Shown one piece after another: positions 23,631 to 35,300 of a DNA stretch of 63,845 nucleotides. A program made the translations under genes and the position numbers. Numbering within the stretch: the stretch's first letter is position 1; every line of letters begins with the position of its first letter. The notes beneath the pieces were generated by a model. It saw only the letters and a list, made by a program, of their open reading frames with translations, did not search any database and was not told the DNA's origin. Origin of the DNA: Mustelus asterias (Eukaryota); NCBI RefSeq assembly GCF_964213995.1, contig NC_135808.1, positions 22,568,001-22,631,845 of the forward strand, written 5' to 3'.

Positions 23631-26600
23631 GGCATCATTCTAGTCGCAATCAACCCCTTACCCCTTTGCTTCCTGCCACTGAGCTAATTTGGGGTCTGAT
23701 TTGTCCATGTCTCTTGGATCTCGATGAGTTTTACATTTCTGACCAGCCTGCCATGTGGGACCTTGTCCAAAGCATTATTAAAATGCATGTTGACCTTGTC
23801 CACCTCACTGCCCTCATCAACCCTCCTTCTCACCTCTTCCAAATTTTCAGTCAGAAAGCTTGAGATGAGCTCCCCTTAAATCCACGCTAACTTCCCTCGA
23901 CTAATCTGTGCCTTTCTCGATGAAGGTTTGTACCGTTCCTCATAATTGGTTCCAACAATGTTCCCACTGCCGAAGTTACACTAACTGGTGTATAATTACT
24001 CAGATTGTCCCTTCTCTTTTCAATCCATGGTGTAATGTTGGCAGTCATTTAATCTTCTTCCACACTCCTGTAGCCCGGGAGGAATGATTCTGATGATCAG
24101 AGCCTCTGCAATTCCCTCCTTTGCTTCTTTTAACCCGGTGATTTACCATCTTTCAAAGTTATAAAATCCCTGAATACATCATCTCTTACAGTGTTTATCT
24201 GATGCAGTAATTCACACACTTCTTCTTTAACTGCAATGTCAGCATTGCTCCCTGTTTCCCAAAGACAGTGGCAATGTATTTATTCACAACCTCAACACAT
24301 TCTCCCTCCTCTCTCACAGACTATCTTATTGGTGTCCACCAGGCCTTACTCTTTCCTTATCCTTTTCTCTTCAGGTACTTAAAGAACATCCTTGGAGGTT
24401 CCTTGATTTTTCTTGCCAGTATTTTGTCGTGCCCCCTCTCCTTTCCCAGTATTCCTCTCTCAGTATCTCTTCCAGGTTTCTGCATTGTTAGGCGTGAGGG
24501 GTCTGATGGATTTTGCTGCTGGTTTTTGTGGGGGTCTGATGGGTTTTGTTGGGTGTGTTCCAGCTCTGCTGGCTTTGCCTCAGTTTTTCTTTCTCATCCC
24601 CAGTGCCCTCCAGTGCATTCCAGGGTTTGTAATCTAGGAACACCAGTTCCCAAGAACAGCAGCGGGAGAGGATGAGAGAATGAGGGAAGATGTGATTTCA
24701 TCAAGGTGACAGCGACCGACTGATTCAAGCTCCACATATGTGATTCTGTTTAAATGGAACTGTGATGATGGTTTGGAAGTAATTGCTATATCTGGAGCTG
24801 CACTTTCTGAGCTATTCTGATCTGAGCTGCTTATTCTGCACAGACACTAGAGGGCGATCTTATGAAAAATATTCTCTGTCCAGAAAGAGCATGAAAATGG
24901 GAGAGTTTCTGATCCGTGTTTCAGGCGTATCCAAATCTACAATCTTATGCACTTGTTTCTCACCCTTGTAGGGGGAGGGGGCAGGTCTTAAATAACCAGA
25001 ATGCTGCCTGAAAGCAGCAGAGGACACCATTGCGCATCTGCAGGTCCCTCTGCTCTGAGCTGCAGAGAGACCTGTCACTCAGCCTCTGCTGCTTTCACCA
25101 GACCTCCATGGCCGAAACACGGACTCCCCAGCTGCCACGGCGGTCCGTGGCCTAATGCAACCCCTGATGGTCGGACCAATTGACCCCGTGACACCCTACA
25201 TGTCCGGACAGACCAAACCGCGCCTCTGGGACAGATTGAACCCCGTGACCCCCCTCCCCCTAATTCGGACCGACTTTCCCTGTCCATCCCACCACCGATC
25301 GCAATGCAGTAGCCCCCGCTACTTCTCTCACTGATGGCAAATACTCAGTGGCAGTAGCCCCCCCACACCCCAAATTGCAAATGCATAGCGTGCAGCGCCC
25401 CGCCCCCATCACCACAGGTTGGTCCCACCCCAGTAGAGCCCCCCTCCAAATAATCAGGCTCCACACCCTTCCCACTCCCACTGCCTGGTGCGCACTTCGA
25501 AGATACCAGGCTGGCACTGCCCGCAAGGCACTCCCCCCAACCTCTCGGGGTGGCTTCAATGGCTTCTGGATCCACGAGCGAGGCATCGGGTCTGGTCCCT
25601 GTTGTGATTCTCGCTGGAGTGAACCTCTCCCGTGAGGCCACAGAGACGAGAGCCCAGATGATTGCGCCGCGGGCTCGCTCATTTTGTTCAAAACAGGTTT
25701 TAAATGTAGTCAAGTATTTTATTCAGCCTCGCGCCGCAATGTGTGAGAAATCGGGTGCGAATCTCATCTGTATTGAACTCATGAATTCCAATATCTTCTG
25801 CCCTTTCCTGATTTTTTCTCTTCATGTCTGTTATTCATTGGTGAGTGTGTTTGTGTCACATCTCCCATTCCCAAGCACTCTGTCTGGGGAAATAACAAAC
25901 ATTATTGAAATATCAGAGCTTTTGTATCAAACTGTCATCTGCAACTCCAAATGTCAGATCGCGGTAAATTTCGAATTCTTGTCACTGTTGGAAATATTGT
26001 TACACTTTGCAGTATTGGACACAATTGTTACCTGTATGTGTGTGTGTGTGTTATTAAAACAACAGAAAAGGTTTATTCTGCTCGGAGCTGAATGGGTTAA
26101 TTCTAAATTAAAACACATTTGGTGAAGGAATTCACTGTCACCGCGATTTCAGAAAGTGACTGGATTACAATGTTCTCAGAGTAATGGCGGTTTCAGCAGA
26201 ACAAAGATATTTCTTCATCTCTTGTGGATTCACCAATTCAAACTGGATACTTCCGAATAAAAACCTTGGAGCAAAATGGATTAGAAGATAAAGTCCCAAT
26301 TGTTCCCCAGGGTTGTTTTTAAATGGAGATTTTAAAAACAAGAATAATCCATGAACAATCACCTTCAATTCATTCCTGAATTTGAAATTACACCATTAAA
26401 GCTTAAAAAAAATGACCCCACTCTGACAGATGTGAATTTGTATCTGGATTAGAGATCCCACATGTTTCACCCATTTCAACAGAGTTTCATTGTAACGGCA
26501 ACAAGCTCCCAGTTTAAAAACTTTTAAACTGTTCTCCCCCTTTAGACCTCACCATTTTGAGGAAAACACAGAGTTGGAGCTGGTCTGAAGGAACAGCAAC

Positions 26601-26697
26601 ACAGAGCATTCACACAGCCTTTTCTCATTCACTAACAGGAAGTTTACACACACACATCTGTCCACACAATTCTTTCTCACATCACTTCAAGTTTCAC

Positions 26698-27580
26698 ATT
26701 TGGAGGAAAATGTAACTGGATTGATTAGTCAGTTTGCGGACGACACAAAGGTTGGTGGATTTGCGGACAGCGATGAGGACCATCAGAGGATGCAGCAAGA
26801 TGTAGATCAGTTGGAGACTTGGGTGGAGAGATGGCAGGTGAAGTTTAATCCAGACAAATGTGAAGCAATGCATTTTGGAAGGTCTAATACAGATAGGAAA
26901 TATACAGTAAATGGCAGAACCCTTCAGAGTATTGATAGCAAAGGGATCTGGGTGTACAGGTACACAGGTCACTGAAAGTGGCAATGCAGGTGGAGAAGGT
27001 AGTCAAGGCGGCATATGGCATGCTTACCTTAATTGGCTCTTGGAATATCGTGTTCCATTCTGGTCGCCACACTACCAGAAGGATGTGGAGACTTTGGAGA
27101 GAGTACAGAAAATATTTACCAGGATGTTGCCTGGTATGGAGGGCATTAGCTATGGGGAGAGGTTGGAGAAATTTGGTTTGTTCTCACTGGAGCGACGGAG
27201 GTTGAGGGGAGGCCTGATAGAAGTCGACAAGATTATGAGGGGCACGGACAGAGTGGATAGTCAGAAGTTTTTTCCCAGGGTGGAAGAGTCAATTACTAGG
27301 GGGCACAGGTTTAAGGTGCGAGGGGCAAGGTTTAAAGGAGATGTACAAGGCAGATTTTTTTTAAAAACAAAGAGTAGTGGGTGCCTGGAATTCGTGGCCG
27401 GGGGGAGGGAGTGGAAGCGGGTATGGCAGTGACTTTTAAGGGGCATCTTGACAAGTACATGAATAGGATGGGAATAGAGGGATATGTTTCCCGGAAGAGT
27501 AGGGGGTTTTAGTTAAGTTAGGCAGCATGGTTGGTGCAGGCTTGGAGGGCCGAAGGGCCTGTTCCTGTGCTGTAATTTTT
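26698..27580 (+). mobile_element. CR1 LINE 3' fragment unique to unit 1
   Basis: FADDTKVGG...KCEAMHFG...TRGHRFKVRG. Absent at the paralogous site near 48268. Confidence 0.9.
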
Positions 27581-28248
27581 TTGGCATATATTCCTATTCT
27601 CATGAAAGAGCATCTTATCCAAACTGAAAGTTGGCCAAGGCCGGAATTGAACCCGCGTCCCTGGTACTGTGAGGCAGCAGCGCTAACCACTGTGCCAGCG
27701 TGTCACCCACTTGGACACAGGTTGCTTCACATCCTTTAGATCTGTGCACAGAACGGAGACATATTCATAAAGTAAAAGGAACAGTTGTTTGTTTACAAAT
27801 CAGGATATCTCTGAACATAAACAACCCGGTTGTTCACACAGTATTTTAAACTTTACTGTGAGTTTCTTTAATTGCTTTTTTCTAACCTGCTTCTGATATT
27901 CCACCAACCAGACATCAACAGCCCATTTCTGAAAAGCAGCGAGATCCATTTCTTCATCCTGATTCAATAATCTAATCTTTGGCCTCACATCTCCGTGATC
28001 TCTCACTATTTGTTTCTTCCCGTCGATTTTCTCCCAAACATTCCAATTTCCCTACTCTGATCCAAGCATCCAATCACCAAATACTGTTTCTTTGTGCACC
28101 ATTTGACCTTTCAATTTAACTCTGCTCGATCAACTGTCCACTTTCTCAAATCACTTCCTTCCTGAACAAACACTAACTTCTCAAACAAGGCTCGGCAAGC
28201 TGAGACCTATTTTTATCGTGATTGCTTCAATGGTACAAGGTTTAATAT

Positions 28249-28450
28249 AAGTACAGGACACAGCTCACACACTGAGAGGGACAGTATCAGTACAGGACAC
28301 AGCTCACACACTGAGAGGGACAGTATCAGAACAGGACACAGCTCACACACTGAGAGGGACAGTATCAGTAATGGACACAGCTCACACACTGAGAGGGACA
28401 GTATCAGTAAAGCACAGCGCTCACACACTGAGAGGGATGCTATCAGTGCA
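28249..28450 (+). repeat. 39-bp minisatellite, about 5 units (CAGTACAGGACACAGCTCACACACTGAGAGGGACAGTAT)
   Basis: Visible period, with a 13-aa periodic pseudo-ORF on the minus strand. Confidence 0.9.
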
Positions 28451-28459
28451 GAACTGTGA

Positions 28460-28802
28460 CCGGGATGCAGAATGATCTGGACAGGTTGAGTGAGTGGGCA
28501 AATTGATGGCCGATGCAGTATAATTTGCATAAATGTGAGGTTATTCACTTTGGAAGCAAAAAAAAGGCAGATTACTATCTGAATGGTGTAAATTGGGAGA
28601 AGGGAGTGTGCAGTAGGACTTGGGTGTCCTTGTGCATCAGTCACTGAAGGTAGGCACGCAGGTGCAGCAGGCGGTAAAGAAGGCAAATGGCATGTTCGCC
28701 TTCACTGCGAGAGGTTTTGAGTGCAGGGGCAAGGATGTGTTGTTGCAATTAAACAGGGCCTTGGTGAGGCCACACCTAGGGTATTGTGTGCAGTTTTGGT
28801 CT
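28460..28802 (+). mobile_element. CR1 fragment, 5' part, interrupted by the Penelope element
   Basis: QVQQAVKKANGM...LNRALVRPHLGYCVQFWS. Continues at 30056. Confidence 0.8.
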
Positions 28803-28820
28803 TTGTTTACTTGCAACAAT

Positions 28821-30053
28821 GATGTGGAGATGCCGACGTTGGACAGGGGTAAACACAGTCAGAATTTTAACAACACCAGGTGAAGGTCCAACAGGTTTAT
28901 TTGATGGCAAATGCCATTAGCTTTTAGGTGTCTGTTGCGATCCTCCTCCAGACGCTGAAAGATGCCCTCATAAGAACAGGATATGGCGCTCGACTCATTG
29001 ATCAACATTTCCGACGCGCCACAGCGAAAAACCGCACCGACCTCCTCAGAAGACAAACACGCGACACGGTGGACAGAATACCCTTCGTCGTCCAGTACTT
29101 TCCCGGAGCGGAGAAGCTACGGCATCTCCTCCGGAGCATTCAACATGTCATTGATGAAGATGAACATCTCGCCAAGGCGATCCCCACACCCCCACTTCTT
29201 GCCTTCAAACAACCGCACAACCTCAAACAGATCATTGTCCGCAGCAAACTACCCAGCCTTCAGGAGAACAGTGACCATGACACCACACAACCCTGCCACA
29301 GCAACCTCTGCAAGACGTGCCGGATCATCGACACGGATGCCATCATCTCACGTGAGAACACCATCCACCAGGTACACGGTACATACTCTTGCAACTTGGC
29401 CAACGTTGTCTACCTGATACGCTGCAGGAAAGGATGTCCTGAGGCATGGTACATTGGAGAAACCATGCAGGCGCTACGACAACGGATGAATGAACACCGC
29501 TTGACAATCACCAGGCAAGACTGTTGTCTTCCTGTTGGGGAGCACTTCAGCGGTCACGGGCATTCAGCCTCTGATGTTCGGGTAAGCATTCTCCAAGGCG
29601 GCCTTCACGACACACGACAGCGCAGAGTCGCTGAGCAGAAACTGAGAGCCAAGTTCCGCACACATGAGGACGGCCTAAACCGGGATGTTGGGTTTATGTC
29701 ACACTATCAGTAACCCCCACAGCTTGCCTCCTGGACTTGCAGAATCTCACTGGTTGTCCTGTCTGGAGACAATACACATCTCTTTAACCTGTGCTTAATG
29801 CTCCCTCCACTCACATTGTCTGTATCTTTAAGACCTGGTTGGCTGTAGAGATTCGCATTCTAATCAGTATTCTGTAACTTGATTTTGTGTCTCTGTATGC
29901 CCTGTTTGAGAGCAGATTTCCACTCCATCTGACGAAGGAGCAGCGCTCCGAAAGCTAATGGCATTTGCTACCAAATAAACATGTTGGACTTTAACCTGGT
30001 GTCGTTAAAACTCTTATTGTGTTTACCCCAGTCCAACGCCGGCATCTCCACAT
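28821..30053 (+). mobile_element. 5'-truncated Penelope-like retroelement with a GIY-YIG endonuclease ORF remnant (28928-29713) and an inverted terminal repeat
   Basis: VVYLIRC..CPEAWYIGET..LRQRMNEH GIY-YIG motif preceded by a Cys/His linker. 28821-28924 is the reverse complement of 29951-30053. Confidence 0.88.
29929..29953 (+). ncRNA. Minimal hammerhead ribozyme core in the Penelope terminal repeat
   Basis: CTGACGAAGGAGCAGCGCTCCGAAA. Confidence 0.6.
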
Positions 30054-30055
30054 TA

Positions 30056-30757
30056 TTGTTGCAAGTAAACAGGGCCTTGGTGAGGCCACACCTCGAATAT
30101 TGTGTGCAGTTTTGGTCTCCTTTTCTGAGGAAGGATGTTCTTGCTCTCGAGGGAGTGCAGCAAAAGTTTACCAGGCTGATTCCGGGGATGGCGGGACTGA
30201 TGTATGAGAAGAGATTGACTAGGTTAGGATTGTTTTCGCTGGAGTTCAGACGAATGAGGGGGGATCTCATAGAGACGTATAAAATTCTAACAGGACTAGA
30301 AAGGGTAAGTGCAGGGAGGATATTCCCAATGGAGTTCGCTGGAGTTCAGACGAATGAGGGGGGATCTCATAGAGACTTATAAAATTCTAACAGGACTAGA
30401 AAGGGTAAGTGCAGGGAGGATATTCCCAATGGTGGGGGAGTCCCAAACCAGGGATCACAGCCTGAGGATTCAGGGTGCATCATTTAGGATGGAGGTGAGG
30501 AGACATTTCTTCACCCAAAGTGTGGTGAGCCTGTGGAATTCATTACCACAGGAAGTAGCTGATGCCAAAACATTGAATGTATTCAAGAGGCAACTGGATA
30601 AAGCACTTGGGGCGAATGGGATCAAAGGTTATGGAGAAAAAGCAGGATTCGGCTATTGAATTGGATGATCAGCATGATTGTAATGAATGGCGGAGCAGAC
30701 TCGAAAGGTCAAATGGCCTCCTCCTGCTCCTATCTTCTATGTTTCTGTGTTTCTATG
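30056..30757 (+). mobile_element. CR1 LINE 3' fragment with an internal 100-bp tandem duplication
   Basis: Paralog of 12288-12890. 30235-30332 is repeated at 30335-30432. Confidence 0.88.
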
Positions 30758-30924
30758 GACCAATTCTTCCTGTTTCAGTCTTGCAGGTCCAAAATGCAGA
30801 GAGGTTACACTCAGATGAGGATTCTCTGGCAGCAGGTTGTGAACCAGACACAACTTGAGGCAAGGCAGAGAGAGAATCAGGTTGCGTTGCCTTCATTTTC
30901 CAACTTTTTGCCCAGAGAGACTCG

Positions 30925-31219
30925 TGGAATGGCTACAGTGCAGAAGAGGCCATTCAGCCCATTGAACCTGCACCAACAACAATCCCATCCAGGCCCTATT
31001 CCTGTCACCCAACATATATACCCTGTTAAACCCCCTGACATTAAGGGGCAATTTAGCATCGCTAATCCACCTAACCAGCACATCTTTGGACTGTGGGAGG
31101 AAACCAGAGAACCCAGAGGAAACCCATGCAGACACAATCAGTCACCCAAAGGTGGAATTGAGTCTGGGTCCCTGGCACGGTGAGGGAGCAGTGCTGACCG
31201 CTGTGCCATCATGGCACCC
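30925..31219 (-). mobile_element. tRNA-derived SINE (paralog of 13055-13350)
   Basis: Near-identical to the unit 1 copy. Confidence 0.7.
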
Positions 31220-32180
31220 CAATTCAATTCAAACCAGCAGTTTCAAAACTTAAAGTTTCTCCCTGCCGTGTGATTTCCAGAACACCACGAGACTTTGCTT
31301 TTCAGTTTTATTACCCAGCAATTAAAGTGAATCCAGTTCAAAACTAGCAAACAACTCTTCCTCAAGTACCATACAGGTCAGGTGAAGGCAGGCTGGCTCT
31401 CAGTCCAAGGAGTATTTATGGCCCTCTTTTGAGAAAAAAACTCCAAGTCAGTATCAACTATCCGGACAGTGCAATATGTTTCCATGTTTTATGAAAGATA
31501 TGCGTTTCCCAACACATTGAATTGTCCCAGTGTCATTCAGAAGTCCCTTATCTCCAATAATATTCCAGCAAATCTCCTCTGCACCCTCTCTAATACGTTG
31601 ATATTCCTCCTAAAACAGTATGACCAGAGGTGGGGTCAATTCTCCAGCTGGGATCTAATCAATATTTTATCAATGTTCAGCGTGACCTCCTTGCTTTTGT
31701 ACTCTGTGCCTCTATTTATAAAGCAATGGGGTCCAGATGCTTCTTTCACAGTCTCATCACACCTTCCTGCCAGCCTCATACTCACTCAGGTCTCTCTGTT
31801 CCTGCAATCCCTTTATAACTGTACCATTCAGTTTACATTACCTCTGTACATTCTTCTGTTCAAACTGCATCACTTCAAATACCTCACTGGATTGTATTTC
31901 ACCTGCCCTGTGTCTGCCCATTTCACCAACCTGTCTAATGGAACATTGATTGTGTCTGGATGGGAGACAAAGTGATGGAAGTGAAGCTTCAGTTTCACAG
32001 AGTCTTTGTTCAGAGCCTGTCTGGAGTAACTGTGTTCAGTTCTGGACACCGCACCTCAGGAAGGGGAGATTGGTCTTGGAGAGGGTTCTGATCACCAGAA
32101 TAATAAAAGGAGGTTAAATGAAAGGGGTTTTTTTCCCACAGAGTTTATCTGATTGGACAGTTCTCATTGAGGCAGTTTCT

Positions 32181-32243
32181 CAACCTGTTTGTGTCTATTC
32201 TGCCGGAGACTGATGACTCACTGAATCTCTTTATTCTGATTGG
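32181..32243 (+). promoter_or_regulatory. MHC S-X-Y module of gene 2
   Basis: Identical to the gene 1 module: CAACCT, CCGGAGACTGATGACTCA, CTGATTGG. Confidence 0.75.
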
Positions 32244-32380
32244 TTTAAATCCTATTTTGTGTCCAATCAGATTGAGGCTCAGTGTCAACAGGGAAAGACA
32301 GAAGGAGTGAGTTGAGAAGATCACCTTTCTTTGAAAAAGAGTTTCCTCCAAATGTTTCCCCCAACATGAGGGAAGCAGCA

Positions 32381-35300
32381 ATGATTGGACTGATAGAGCT
32401 GGTCCTTCTGTGTGGAGAGGTGTCTGCAGGTGAGTGATGGGGTGTGAGAGGGGCAATGCCAGGCTGGGTAATGGGGCATTAACCCTGGGTCAGTGAGTGA
32501 TGGGATGTGAGAGGGGCAATGCCAGGCTGGGTACTGGGGCGTTAACCCTGGGTCAGTGAGTGATGGGGTGTGAGAGAGGCAATGCCAGGCTGGGTGGAGG
32601 TCTTGCTCTCGGTTTGGAATCAGTGTTTGGGGTTCATGCCCTGATCTCTGTGTGTGTGTGTGTGTGTGTGAGGGTGTTGGTGTTTTTAGGGTGTCTATCC
32701 TGAATTCTCTCTCTCTCTATTTCAGGCTCTCACTCTCTCCGGTATTTCTTCACGGGAATGACTCCGATCCCGGGTTTCCCGGAGTTTGTGGTTGTCGGTT
32801 CTGTGGACGGTGTCCAGTTTGTTGTGTACGACAGCGATCGGAGGGAGCTGATCCCCCGGGAGCAGTGGATGGTGGAGAGCGAGGGTCGGGCAGCCTGGGA
32901 GCGGAAGAAGATCTTCGCACAGGAGCGGGCGATGCGTTTCAAACGTGCATTTCCACTGCTCATGTCCGACACCAACCAGACAGGAGGTGAGTGCTCACTC
33001 TCCCAGCACCAGGGGATCCAGGTGGGAATGAGGAGAAACCCAGAGTGGATCAGGAACCGAGAGCCAGAGGCTGATTGGCTGCGATTGGAGATGTGACAGG
33101 AAATGTGATTGGCTGTGAATGTGTGGGAGGATTGTTTCCAGGGAGGCTGCCTCTGATTGGCTGTGTGTGAGTGGAGGAGGTGGGGGGTGGGGGGGCGAGG
33201 GGCGGGAGCAGTTGACGGTGATTGGCTGTTAGGATGAGATTGCCCAGTGAGACTGGTTCTGATTGGCTGTTTGTGTTTCTGATCCACAGGGATCCATGTC
33301 TGCCAGATAGTGACTGGCTGTGACCTGAGCGATGATGGGACCATGAGTGGATTCAGCCAGTACGGGTGGGATGGACATGATGTTCTCAGCTTCGACAAGG
33401 ATCACATGGTGTGGGTGACCCCGGTCACATGGGGGAAGAGCATCAAAAACTGGTGCAACCGGCAGACTGGCAACATTCAGCAATGGAAACATTACCTGGA
33501 GGTGGAGTGTATCGAGTGGCTGAGAAAATACCTGGAGTATGGACAGAGAGAATTGAGAGTCTGTGAGTGAGGGGGGAGTGAGAGTCGGTGAGTGAGGGGG
33601 GAGTGAGAGTCGGTGAGTGAGGGGGGGAGTGAGAGTCGGTGAGTGAGGGGGGAGTGAGAGTCGGTGAGTGAGGGGGGAGTGAGTGAGAGGGGAGTGAGAG
33701 TCGGTGAGTGAGGGGGGAGTGAGAGTCGGTGAGTGAGGGGGGGAGCGAGTGTGGGGAGAGCGAGTGTGGGGGGGGTGAGTGTGAGCGAGGGTGGGGGGAG
33801 CGAGTGTGGGTGAGGGTGGGGGGAGCGAGTGTGGGCGAGTGTGGGGGGAGCGGGTGTGGGCGAGGGTGGCGGGCGGGTGTGGGCAAGGGTGGGGGGAGCG
33901 GGTGGGGGCGAGGGTGGGGGGGCGAGGGTGGGGGGAGCGAGAGTCGGTGAGTGAGGGGGGATTGAGAGTCGGTGAGTGAGGGGGGAGTGAGAGTCGGTGA
34001 GTGAGGGGGGAGTGAGAGTCGGTGAGTGAGGGGGGAGTGAGAGTTGGTGAAGGGGGTGATGCCGGGACTCTTATCTCGAGGTTCCTGTACTGACTCCTCT
34101 TTCTTTCTCTCTCAGTTGGCCCCGTCGTGTCCTTTACCCGTCTGGGTGATTCTAACCGGCTGTCCTGTGCCGTCACCGGGTTTTACCCTCAACCCATCGA
34201 GGTGAATCTGTGGAGAAACAGAGTGGTGATTGATGAGACTCTGTCCAGTGGGATCTTACCCAATCACGACAGCACCTACCAGATCCGGAAATGGGTAGAG
34301 TTTGATCCAGAGGACCAGGCCGAATATTCCTGTCGGGTGGAACACAGCGGGATGAAGGAGACACTGGTGGTGATTTACGGTAAGACTGTTTCTCACTGTT
34401 AGAGAGGACCCAGCCTCAGACCAGGATCACAGGAGTGAGGGTCAGTGCTGAGCTGTCAACCCAGGATATCGAGAGAGGGAAATAAATATTATTCAATGCG
34501 TTATATATCATGGTTCCACAGTGCAACATGATACAGCGGATCATTGGATATTGGGATCGCACTGGGCCTGGTGTAACATTGGACACGAGTGTCGGTCTGG
34601 GCCTGGGGTATTCTGGGATATTGCAGTATAGTGGGGCCCAGTGAATCCTGGGATGTTGCAGTAGTTCAGAACATGGTATATCCTGAGATACTCTCGTAGG
34701 ACACATCCCAGTGTATCCTGGGATATTGCAGCCTGTCAGGGCCTGGTGAATCCTGGGATATTACAGGAGGTTGGGCACCGTGGAATATCAGAGGATGGAG
34801 AGAGCCTGGTGTTTCCAAGAAACAATGCTTTTCACTGTGTACCAATACATGTGACAATAATAAATCATATCAAATATTACAGTAGGACAGGACCCAGTGC
34901 ATCCTGGAAGTTTACTTCAGTCAGATTAAGATCAGTATTCAGAGAAATAATGGAATTCCTTCTATTGGAGACAATTCATGAAAATCTAGAATCAAATACA
35001 ATAACAATGAATATTCAGCATGGATTTTGAAATGGAAAATCTTGTTTTATTCCACTTAGTGAATTTTTTGAGGATGTAACAGAGGGAATAGACAATGGAA
35101 ATGTAATAGATATAATATCATATAATTTTTTTAATGTAATAGAAAAGGGGGTTCGTGATGGACTGATTGACAAGGTGAAAGCATGTGGAGTTAGGGGATG
35201 AGTGACAGAATGGATCACTCACTGACTTTGGGAGAGAAAGCAGAGAGTGTGAGTAAAGGGTGTTTCAGAGTTACAGAAAGTGTTCCACAAGGATCAGTGC

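Noticed and set aside
24850-25770. GC-rich segment as a DNA transposon or CpG-island gene
   Set aside because: I could not identify terminal inverted repeats or a coherent ORF, so it is left unannotated.
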